This document shows positions 10,831 through 19,466 of a DNA stretch of 64,000 bases, in pieces. Every line of letters begins with the position of its first letter. Position 1 is the first letter of the stretch. The notes beneath the pieces are model-generated. The model did no database searches. It was not told the DNA's origin and was given only the letters and a program-made list of their open reading frames with translations. Position numbers and translations under genes: made by a program. This DNA comes from an uncultured Gammaproteobacteria bacterium (GTDB taxonomy: Bacteria > Pseudomonadota > Gammaproteobacteria > UBA9214): positions 128,001 to 192,000 of the forward strand of contig CAVVHS010000006.1 in assembly GCA_963748215.1 (NCBI GenBank). Direction: 5' to 3'.

Positions 10831-11323
10831 TTTGACGGGTATAAACAGAAATAGCAGGGAGCCGGGCGTGGCAAAGTGATCCGACGTCGAGACCTTCTGT
10901 GCCCTGCGGCTGTTCATCGACTCCTGGCGCTGGGAAGGTGTGCCCTGGTATCTGCGTTCCGGCAAATGTCCGGCCGCAACCGCGGCCGAGGTCCTGGTGG
11001 AACTGAAACCGCCACCGCAACGGCTGTTCGACGATTCTCTGCCTGCGGCCGGGCGGGCCAATTACCTGCGCTTCCGTATGTCACCCGACTCCGCCGTCGC
11101 CCTTGCCGCGCGCGTCAAGCGCGCAGGCAAGGAGTTTGTCGGCGACCAGCGTGAGCTGTACCTGTCTGAGGAACAGGCGGGGGAGGAAACACCCTACGAG
11201 CGGCTGCTGGGTGACGCCATGGCCGGAACCGGAGCACTCTTTACCCGCGAGGATGCGCTTGAAGCCGCCTGGCACCAGCGACTGAATTGGACGGGCGCAG
11301 ATTCGGTATTCACCATGCCTTGA
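10831..11323 (+). pseudogene. zwf: Glucose-6-phosphate dehydrogenase, C-terminal fragment
   Basis: SDVETFCALRLFIDSWRWEGVPWYLRSGK, YERLLGDAM, FTREDALEAAW; upstream in-frame TGA and no N-terminus. Confidence 0.85.
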
Positions 11324-11436
11324 AAAATTTCCGGTAGTAATCAGTTCACGACTGCAATTTGCAGAATGCAGAATAGTGTTTAATCAGAAATTCCTGAACG
11401 TCGGCAAAGGCCTGGCCTGTGCCGGAACGCTGCAGA

Positions 11437-11706
11437 CTAAGCGTACTTCTCGCGAAAGGCATTCAGGACATCATCCACCGTTGCATAACAGGCATCCCCG
11501 CAAACCAGATCGGTAAGCACGGAGTGATCCAACTCGATCCTGACGTCATCCGGGACATTGGCAAAGACCAGGCGGATACCCTGTTCCCTGAACAGGCCGC
11601 AGATCGAAAGCAGGGTCTCGGCCGCGATAAAAGTTACATCGTCGACGGCAGCGGCATCGATGCAGAACCAGGCCGGTGACAGTTGCGAAAATATCGCCGT
11701 ATCCGA
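11437..11706 (-). pseudogene. STAS-domain remnant of a SulP-type anion transporter
   Basis: Manual translation WFCIDAAAVDDVTFIAAETLLSICGLFREQGIRLVFANVPDDVRIELD...YATVDDVLNAFREKYA*. No start codon; not in the ORF track. Confidence 0.7.
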
Positions 11707-11721
11707 TCATGAATCCGGATG

Positions 11722-11755
11722 TCAGACCGTTCGGTTCATCAGACCGTTCGGTTCA
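11722..11755. repeat. Perfect 17-bp tandem duplication TCAGACCGTTCGGTTCA x2
   Basis: Seen directly. Confidence 0.9.
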
Positions 11756-11869
11756 ATTGCTGGGCTGCCGGACACCCTGTGCAGACGCTTGCATGATCGG
11801 GACTTCGTTAACTGCGCACTTCGACTGGGATCCTTGCTAATATGCAGCAGTCAATCAAGGACAGTATTT

Positions 11870-14374
11870 ATGACATACTTTGCCAGAACAGTTTCCGATC
11901 ATCACACACCCTTGGGTGGTGTGTACCGGCTGGTGCTCGGTATCTGCCTGTTCCTGCTTTGCACCGGCTGGGCCGTGGCTGCGGAACCCGAGGCAAGTGC
12001 GCCATCCAAGGCAAGTGCACCGTCTCAGGCAAGTGCGCCACCCTTAATGCCTGTTACGTTGTCGGATATCCCGACGCGGGCATCCGCCGAGCGTACTTCC
12101 CTCGATCAGGCCGAAGGGTTGCTTGCACGATCTCCGGCATTCGACCAGATTGAAAACGATCTACTGGATCTGGAGCGCACAACAACACAGGAACTGGTTT
12201 CCCTCGGCCCGGCACTTGCCGCCGCCTCTTCACGCGAAGCAATAGCTGAGATCGGAAAAAAGTGGCTTGATCTCGACGCTTCGCTGGAGGAATCGGAGAG
12301 CAATTTGCAAAAACGGACCAGTGTCATTCAACTGGAAACCGGTCGACTCGATGTGACGCGAACGATCTGGGAACTGACTGTCAAGGAGGCACAGGATGAC
12401 AAGGCGCCGGATGAGGTTGTGAACCTCGCGCGCGCAACCGCTGATGACGTTGACAAGGTATACAAGTCACTCCGGAAAATGCAGGATCGTGCACTCGCAC
12501 TTCAGGCCAAGGCCGGTCGTGCGCGTGCAGTCGTGCAGGAATCCCTCGGCAGAATCAGCACCGAGGAGGCGAACCTGTTAAATAACCTCGTACGTCGTGA
12601 ACGACCACCGTTGTGGAGTGAGGCAGTCGTACAAACCAATTTTTCAGATTTGCTTGCCAGGGCTGAACACGAGATAGCAAAATGGGTGTCGAGTATCGAT
12701 TCCGTAGTACGCAGTCAGTATGACCGGCTCGGCTTTCAGGTCTTTTTTCTGCTGGTTTTAACCCTGATCCTGCGTCGATCACGCAGGGCAGCGCGGGCAT
12801 GGAAGGAGGCTGATCCCCTTCTTGCAAAGGGGATGTCGCTATTCGAGCGGCCATTTGCACTCGCAGCATTGCTGGTCTTGATGTCAACACCCTGGTTCTA
12901 CACCTATGCACCGCCAGCCCTGACTGATGCGACCGGGCTCCTGCTGGTCTTTCCCGTACTGGCCCTGGTCCTGCCATTGCTGGAAGCATCTACCCGGTCG
13001 GCACTGATTTTGCTGGCGATACTCTATGTCGTGGATCAGCTGCGTGATTTGCTCGATGCGGCACCCCTGGTGGCACGCCTGATCTTCATTCTGGAGATGA
13101 TCGTGGCAATCGGCATCATCATCTGGGTGATTCGTTCGAAATCATGGCAAGGTGATGCCAAATCAAAACAGGCGGGTCGTTGGCAGAGCATCATTCGAGT
13201 CGGGCTCAATGCCGCGCTGCTGCTGCTTGTTGTCGCAACACTCACGGCCATTACAGGTTATGTGCGCCTTGCGGTACTGATCGGTTCCGGGGTTCTGAAC
13301 AGCATCTATCTGGCGCTGTTGCTGGCTGCACTCGAGCGTACTGCCGATTCAATCTTCAGGCTTGCATTGCATAGCCGTGCCGCCCAGTCCCTGAACGTGA
13401 TAAGGGTGCGAACCGCGCAGTTAAACCGGCGTCTTGGCATTGTGTTCAGAATGCTTGTTGTGGCTGCCTGGGTGCTGGTGACGCTTGATCTTTTCGCTCT
13501 GCAGGGCTATGTCCTGGGTATTATCAAGGGAATCTTCCTTGCCGAATTCCGTGCTGGAGCCATTGCCGTTTCACTCGCGGACGTGCTGGCGTTTGGTGTA
13601 ACGATCACCGCGGCAATCCTGCTTGCACGATTTATCGTGCTGGTGCTGGATGAAGATGTATATCCGCGGGTGGAGCTGGGTCGTGGTGTGTCTTTTGCAA
13701 TTTCGTCGGTTATCAAGTACGGAATCGTCGTGATCGGATTTCTGGTGGCGGTAGGTGCAATGGGTATCGGGATGGACCGGATTACCATCCTGCTGGGTGC
13801 GTTTGGCGTGGGTCTCGGTTTTGGCCTGCAGACCATCGTCAACAATTTTGTCTCCGGTATGATCCTTATTTTCGAACGGCCCGTACAAATCGGCGATTCG
13901 GTAGAGATCGGTTCTGTCAAGGGGAAGATAACCAGGATCGGCATTCGGTCGAGCACGGTGCGCAGTTTCGAGGGTGCCGACATCACGGTACCAAACGGAA
14001 CACTGCTTTCGGACGCACTGACTAACTGGACCCTGACAGATCGAAACCGCCGCATCGAGATAACAGTCGGCGTCGCCTACGGGACGGATCCGGATACGGT
14101 TGTCGAGGCATTGCACGCCGCACTGAACGGGCAGGAGGGCTTGCTTCAGGAGCCGGCGCCCCAGGTGGTTTTCGATGGATTCGGTGATAACAGCCTTGAT
14201 TTTATCCTGCGTGCCTGGGTGTCGGACAATGATCAGTATGTGCCGATTCGAAGCCGTGTCGCACTGGCCACGAACCGCGAACTCAAAGCACGCGGAATAG
14301 AGATCCCGTTTCCCCAGCGTGATATTCACCTTCGTTCGGTAGCGCCGGATGTGCGGCTACAGGGCAATAGCTGA
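11870..14374 (+). CDS. Large MscS/MscK-type mechanosensitive channel
   Basis: Signal peptide, coiled periplasmic region, many TMs, GLGFGLQTIVNNFVSGMILIFERP, IPFPQRDIH; AAGGA before ATG 11870. Confidence 0.92.
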   Translation: MTYFARTVSDHHTPLGGVYRLVLGICLFLLCTGWAVAAEPEASAPSKASAPSQASAPPLMPVTLSDIPTRASAERTSLDQAEGLLARSPAFDQIENDLLDLERTTTQELVSLGPALAAASSREAIAEIGKKWLDLDASLEESESNLQKRTSVIQLETGRLDVTRTIWELTVKEAQDDKAPDEVVNLARATADDVDKVYKSLRKMQDRALALQAKAGRARAVVQESLGRISTEEANLLNNLVRRERPPLWSEAVVQTNFSDLLARAEHEIAKWVSSIDSVVRSQYDRLGFQVFFLLVLTLILRRSRRAARAWKEADPLLAKGMSLFERPFALAALLVLMSTPWFYTYAPPALTDATGLLLVFPVLALVLPLLEASTRSALILLAILYVVDQLRDLLDAAPLVARLIFILEMIVAIGIIIWVIRSKSWQGDAKSKQAGRWQSIIRVGLNAALLLLVVATLTAITGYVRLAVLIGSGVLNSIYLALLLAALERTADSIFRLALHSRAAQSLNVIRVRTAQLNRRLGIVFRMLVVAAWVLVTLDLFALQGYVLGIIKGIFLAEFRAGAIAVSLADVLAFGVTITAAILLARFIVLVLDEDVYPRVELGRGVSFAISSVIKYGIVVIGFLVAVGAMGIGMDRITILLGAFGVGLGFGLQTIVNNFVSGMILIFERPVQIGDSVEIGSVKGKITRIGIRSSTVRSFEGADITVPNGTLLSDALTNWTLTDRNRRIEITVGVAYGTDPDTVVEALHAALNGQEGLLQEPAPQVVFDGFGDNSLDFILRAWVSDNDQYVPIRSRVALATNRELKARGIEIPFPQRDIHLRSVAPDVRLQGNS

Positions 14375-14646
14375 AATCGCGGACGCAAAAAGGTCGCGGA
14401 CGCGATGTTGTTTATTTGCCGATGCTCGGAATGCAAATGCGCTTGGGCATAATGAGAAATAATACCTGTCATTGCCGTATTGCAGCCGGAACTCGCAATT
14501 ATTTACACGATATTACCCCGTGGGCGAGCTTCGACACCTTGTGCTTGTCTAGATTATTGTCATCAGGTGATACTGCCCATTCGACCATGGATTAACGTCA
14601 AACGACCTGCTGCCCGAGACAAACTGACAAACACCGGGAGAAGATC

Positions 14647-15699
14647 ATGAGAAAGTGTATCTGGCTTGCACTACTGCTGGCGCTCTGGTCCGTGCTGGCG
14701 CCTGCGGAAACCCTGCGGGTTGGTGTCAAGCCAGTGCCGCCCTTTGCCATGTCAGACGGGCAGGGTGGCTGGATCGGTATTTCGGTGGAGTTGTGGCAAC
14801 GAGTCGCGGCTCAACTGGGCTGGCAGACCCAATGGGTGGCCATGGATAGCCCCCGTGCGCAAGTCGAAGGTCTGGCCGCGGGCCGTATCGATGTGGCGGT
14901 GGGGGCGTTGTCCATGACACCGGAGCGGGAGGCGGTCATTGATTTCAGCCACCCGTTCTATTCCACTGATCTCGCCATCGCCACCCCGATGCACAGGGGC
15001 AGCTGGGTCGGCGTGGTGAAGCAACTGCTGTCGCCGGCCTTTCTGAGCGCCGTGGGTGTGCTGGTCCTGTTGCTGCTGGCGGTGGGTGCCCTGTTATGGC
15101 TGGTCGAACACAGGCGCAATCCCGGGCAGTTCGGCGGTTCCATCCCTGAAGGTATTGGTAGCGGTTTCTGGTGGTCGGCAGTGACCATGACCACGGTGGG
15201 CTATGGCGATAAGGCACCGGTCACCGCCACAGGCCGCGTACTGGCCACCATCTGGATGTTTTTCAGCATCATTACGATTTCGGGTTTCACCGCCGCCATT
15301 GCCTCCTCCATTACCGTCAACCAGCTCAGTACCGCCGTACACGGGGTGCATGATCTGGAGCGGGTACGTTGTGTCGCTGTGGAGGGTTCCACCGGCGAAC
15401 AATTCCTGCGCAAGCGGGGGATCCGCACGCGGCTGGTGGCAACACCTGCCGAGGGGCTGGCGCTATTGAGAAATGGTACAGCGGATGCGCTGGTCTACGA
15501 TGAGCCAGTGCTGCGTTTCCTGCTGAAGGATGCCGAACCCGGGATCGAGATCCTGCCGCAGTCCATCGAGCGGCAGTACTACGCCTTCGGCATGAAGCCC
15601 GGCTTCGCGCAGCACGAGATTCTCAACCGCACCCTGCTGGAAGATACCGGTGACAGCGAGTGGCAGGAAATTCTCAATCGTTACCTGGGCACGCGTTGA
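14647..15699 (+). CDS. GluR0-like ligand-gated K+ channel (substrate-binding S1-M1-P-M2-S2)
   Basis: Amino-acid SBP halves (PPF, SMTPEREAVIDFSHPF) flank FWWSAVTMTTVGYGD. Confidence 0.9.
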   Translation: MRKCIWLALLLALWSVLAPAETLRVGVKPVPPFAMSDGQGGWIGISVELWQRVAAQLGWQTQWVAMDSPRAQVEGLAAGRIDVAVGALSMTPEREAVIDFSHPFYSTDLAIATPMHRGSWVGVVKQLLSPAFLSAVGVLVLLLLAVGALLWLVEHRRNPGQFGGSIPEGIGSGFWWSAVTMTTVGYGDKAPVTATGRVLATIWMFFSIITISGFTAAIASSITVNQLSTAVHGVHDLERVRCVAVEGSTGEQFLRKRGIRTRLVATPAEGLALLRNGTADALVYDEPVLRFLLKDAEPGIEILPQSIERQYYAFGMKPGFAQHEILNRTLLEDTGDSEWQEILNRYLGTR

Positions 15700-15774
15700 A
15701 GGGGTGACGGATGCGTCTCCCGCAGTTTGTACAACGCAGGCAATGATCGGATCGAAGCACCAGCTGCGGCAGCC

Positions 15775-16160
15775 TCAGTGCCCGGACAAAGCCGCAGGGC
15801 GGTGTGGCGCGGCTGGTGCGGGCCGTCTCAGTAGCCACACCAGCGGTGCCATGAGGATGAAACTCCAGGTCACCAGCGTGAAGGCGTCTACAAAGGCGAG
15901 CATGCTGGCCTGGCGGCTCAGTTCACCGGCAAGCATCCTGGCGGCGAGGGGATCATCCATTGTCAGGCCATGCGCGTTCAGCCACAGTTACAGGTCCAGG
16001 TTGAAACGGTTGATGTGTCCTCCGATCACCTCCCAGTGATGCTGGGTGCGGCGGGTCAGTACCGTTGCCACGATGGAAATGTCGATGGAGCTGCCGATGG
16101 TGCGCATCAGATTGAACAGGCCGGTGACCTCGGCGGCGGTTTCCCGCGGCAGGGTGTCTT
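15775..16160 (-). pseudogene. DHA2 (EmrB/QacA-type) MFS efflux permease, C-terminal fragment
   Basis: AAEVTGLFNLMRTIGSSI...QASMLAFVDAF; internal TAA and no N-terminus. Confidence 0.75.
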
Positions 16161-16351
16161 CCACCTTCCAATCACCGGCTGGGGTCTGGTCTGTCAGGGT
16201 TTGTCAGCACGGGTTGCAAATCACGACCAGCCAGGCAGCGAGACACAGGTAAATGTCGTCTTGTCCAAATTGTATTTCCCGGTCACCTTCCGGGCACGAT
16301 GCTGTTTCAGTTAACATGGGATGCCAATTCCGGCTACCCGGTGAATATGGA

Positions 16352-16951
16352 ATGACAGCTTCTTCGATGGAAAACTCCCGACACTCCTTCCTCACGCGCC
16401 TGTTTCACATGGCGCTGGCGACGGCGGTCATCGTTCAGGTGCTCTCGAGCCTGTTGATGACCGCGCCTCTGGAGGACAGGCAGGAGGACTGGCTGTTCGA
16501 GGTGCATGAATTCTCCGGCATCACGGCGCTGTTCCTGGTGGCGGGTTTCTGGCTGGTTGTGGCTCTCCGTCGCCGCGGCACACCTGTCGCCATTCTGTTT
16601 CCGTGGTTCTCGGCAACGGGACGCCGGGCGCTATGGGAAGACCTCGTTGATCACTGGCAACATATCAAGCGACTCGGGCTGCCGGATTTTCGTGCCGAGA
16701 GCCCGCTGGCTTGCGCCGTACACGGACTCGGTCTGCTCCTGGTAACAGCCATGGCTGCCAGCGGGGCGCTGTTTTTTCTCGCGATGATCCTCGAGGCCAA
16801 GACCAGCCTCTGGGCAACCATTGATATCGAGGTCCATCAGGTACTTGCAAACCTTGTCTGGGCGTATCTGATAGGCCATGCAAGCCTTGCCGTGATTCAG
16901 CACCATTTAAAGAATATGCGTCTCAGCGAGATGTGGTCGCTGCGGAAATGA
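16352..16951 (+). CDS. Cytochrome b561-like di-heme membrane protein
   Basis: Four TMs with His in RLFH, EVHE, EVHQ and GHA. Confidence 0.8.
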   Translation: MTASSMENSRHSFLTRLFHMALATAVIVQVLSSLLMTAPLEDRQEDWLFEVHEFSGITALFLVAGFWLVVALRRRGTPVAILFPWFSATGRRALWEDLVDHWQHIKRLGLPDFRAESPLACAVHGLGLLLVTAMAASGALFFLAMILEAKTSLWATIDIEVHQVLANLVWAYLIGHASLAVIQHHLKNMRLSEMWSLRK

Positions 16952-17056
16952 ATGTAATGCTGCCCCGTTCTGCCACTGTAAGCAAATCGGCATACTGGCT
17001 CGAAGACGCGACTTGACGCGCGCTTTCGCCGTCTTCGTTCTACAGTGCCTACACAG

Positions 17057-17325
17057 GTTCGCATCACCTGCATACAGTACGTAGGGTGCGTTTCACGCAC
17101 CGTTAATGGTGCGCATAGCGCACCCTACACCGGCTCTACCGTACTTCCATGTGTTCGCACCACCTGCATACAGTACGTAGGGTGCGTTTCACGCACCGTT
17201 AATGGTGCGCATAGCGCACCCTGCACCGGCTCTAACGTACTTCCATGAGTTCGCACCACCTGCATACAATACGTAGGGTGCGTTTCACGCACCGCTAATG
17301 GTGCACATAGCGCACCCTGCACCGG
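17057..17325. repeat. Tandem array of ~3 x 96-bp units, each with an inverted GTAG REP doublet
   Basis: GTAGGGTGCGTTTCACGCACC at 17081, 17177 and 17273, each followed by GGTGCRCATAGCGCACCCTRC. Confidence 0.92.
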
Positions 17326-17343
17326 TAATGGCCGCACGCAAGA

Positions 17344-18762
17344 TCAGCGCGCCTCGCGCAGTATGAGCGCGGCGAGCGCCTTGTAATCGCCGCCGAAGTG
17401 ATGGCCGCCGGACATTTTGTGTACCTTGAATTGTTGCGGGTCGAGATCGGGGCACAACGGCGCCGGTTCGTCCGCGCCGTAGATGCACAGCAGGTTGTCG
17501 TGTGCCAGTTTCTCAACCTCCGGTTTCACCTGATAGGAGGCATCCTTCATGCTGCCGGGCAGCCAGTCACTGACGCGGAACTCGAACTCGATGCCGTGCT
17601 CGGCACCGAGCAGTGCGATCAGTGATACACGGGCGAACAGTTCCGGCGGCAGGCGACTGGCCATGAACGGCAGCACGTCGGCGCCGCGCGAATAGCCGAT
17701 CAGCAGCACCTTGTCCATGTCCCAGGCTGTGAAGTAATGGCGCAGGATGTCCTGCAGCGCGCGCCCGATCTCATCCGGTGTGCGTTTGGTCCAGAAATAG
17801 TGCAGGGAATCGAGCCCGACCGTGGGGATGCCCTCGGTAGCCAGATTCTCGGCCAGGGATTTATCGATACTGGCCCAGCCGCCATCGCCGGAGATGATCA
17901 CGGCAAAGGTCTTGCCCGGCTGCTTGACGGGAACCTCGACCAGCGGCAGGTCCTTCAGCCCGGCGGGTGTGACGGATGCCGGTGGGTGCATACCGGCCAC
18001 CAGCTGCCTGAAGCTGTCCCGGAATTGCGGCATCCAGTTGCCCTGCACGGAAAAGCCATGGCCCACGCCTGGCAGGCTGACGAGCCGGGCCTGACCTGTC
18101 TGTGCGACGAACTTCGCAGTGGCAGCAGGGGCGCAGACCTGGTCACTGTCGCCCTGGAAGGCGATCCAGGGGGTCGGCAGCTCCGGTGCTGGCAGGAAGG
18201 AATACCCCTTGCCCTGTGGGCCGGTCGTAAACTTCAGACCACTGCCGCGGCACAGCGGTTTGCCCAGCGGCAGGTTGGGACAAAACCCCAGGCTGATGCC
18301 ACCATGGAAGGTGTTCGGCGGTGCCTGTGCCAAGGTGGCATACACCAGCGTGGCACCGGACGAATAACCGACCAGTACCGGCTCGACATAGTCAGGATAG
18401 CCATAGTGTTTTTGCAGGAACTGGCTCAGGCCCTCGAAATCCGCCGCCGGGTAGCTGCAGGCATCCTTGTCGGTCGCCAGTCGCTTGAGATAGGCGGTGA
18501 CATCGATGCCGGCGACCAGTGCATCCAGGCCGGCCAGCGCCCGGGCCATGTCGATCACGCCCGGATTCCAGCCGCCATCACCGGAGACAAACAGCACCAC
18601 GTGTTTGGGTTGTGCCGAATTGCGATAGATATGGACGTCTCCGAATCGCCCAAACTGGAATGTTTCCTCCGGCAGTGGTCCTGAGCAGGCCGTGGCGTTC
18701 ACGAGTGCGGTCAGGATCAGGAGGTTCAGGAGATGCCGGTAAGCCATTCGAGTGGTATTCAT
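17344..18762 (-). CDS. AcvB/VirJ family aminoacyl-phosphatidylglycerol hydrolase
   Basis: Two alpha/beta hydrolase halves with SGDGGW; GYSSGA and GYSRGAD; C-terminal GGHHFGGDY. Confidence 0.9.
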   Translation of the reverse strand: MNTTRMAYRHLLNLLILTALVNATACSGPLPEETFQFGRFGDVHIYRNSAQPKHVVLFVSGDGGWNPGVIDMARALAGLDALVAGIDVTAYLKRLATDKDACSYPAADFEGLSQFLQKHYGYPDYVEPVLVGYSSGATLVYATLAQAPPNTFHGGISLGFCPNLPLGKPLCRGSGLKFTTGPQGKGYSFLPAPELPTPWIAFQGDSDQVCAPAATAKFVAQTGQARLVSLPGVGHGFSVQGNWMPQFRDSFRQLVAGMHPPASVTPAGLKDLPLVEVPVKQPGKTFAVIISGDGGWASIDKSLAENLATEGIPTVGLDSLHYFWTKRTPDEIGRALQDILRHYFTAWDMDKVLLIGYSRGADVLPFMASRLPPELFARVSLIALLGAEHGIEFEFRVSDWLPGSMKDASYQVKPEVEKLAHDNLLCIYGADEPAPLCPDLDPQQFKVHKMSGGHHFGGDYKALAALILREAR

Positions 18763-18805
18763 TTACGTTTTCCCGGTAACACTGAAAATGGATAGGACGA
18801 TGCGG

Positions 18806-19450
18806 CTAGACGCCACGGTCGATCCGGTGCAGGGCGGTGATCATCACCAGCGTTCCGGCCAGCAGCCAGAGCGGACCGAACAGCCACAGGGCCAGGGGGA
18901 TGGCCAGGTAATAGGCACGCATACCCAGCGTGTAGTGAATGCCGCCCCGGTCGAGGATGGTGGCGACATCCTCGACCGATATGTCGGGATGCATGTCCGG
19001 CGGCAGGTTGATCATGAAACAGGTGTGGTTGTAGTAGCGCACGGCGAGGGTGAAGTTGAAAAATGCAAACAGGAAGTCGACGCCCAGCAGGATGAGCTTG
19101 CCGATCCACAGCCCGGGGTGATCACTGCCGAAATGGCTGATCAGCAGCGACAGCTCGCCCTGCTTGTCCGCGGTCACCGCCAGGTTGAATATGCCCAGCC
19201 CGATGAGGATCGCGGTGGACGCCAGGAAGGTGGCCGCCATGGTCCAGTTACGCAGGGTCTGCACGGCCAGGATATCCCGGTTGTCCCGCATCATGGCGTG
19301 CACCCACAGCGTACGGACGCGTGCGGCGAGTCCCATCGAGGTACTCAGCGGATCATGCCGGACCTTGTGGTACAGGTGGACATGGTAGATCACCAGCAGC
19401 AGCAATGCCGCCGGGCTCAGGCCGTATTCGATATGACTCAGAATTTCCAC
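18806..19450 (-). CDS. DUF599 family membrane protein
   Basis: ILAVQTLRNWTMAATFLASTAI, LGMRAYYLAIPLALWLFGP; GTG start after GAGGACAGGA. Confidence 0.85.
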   Translation of the reverse strand: MEILSHIEYGLSPAALLLLVIYHVHLYHKVRHDPLSTSMGLAARVRTLWVHAMMRDNRDILAVQTLRNWTMAATFLASTAILIGLGIFNLAVTADKQGELSLLISHFGSDHPGLWIGKLILLGVDFLFAFFNFTLAVRYYNHTCFMINLPPDMHPDISVEDVATILDRGGIHYTLGMRAYYLAIPLALWLFGPLWLLAGTLVMITALHRIDRGV

Positions 19451-19466
19451 GTCGCGATTCCTGTCC

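Noticed and set aside
11558-11869. N-terminal extension of the MscS ORF
   Set aside because: It overlaps the antisense STAS remnant; the RBS and signal peptide favour ATG 11870
11992-12040. 18-bp coding repeat (ASAPSK/ASAPSQ/ASAP) in MscS
   Set aside because: Ordinary low-complexity linker after the signal peptide
17057-17325. CRISPR array
   Set aside because: The sequences between repeats are near-identical rather than unique, the repeats are GTAG REP pairs, and no cas genes are present
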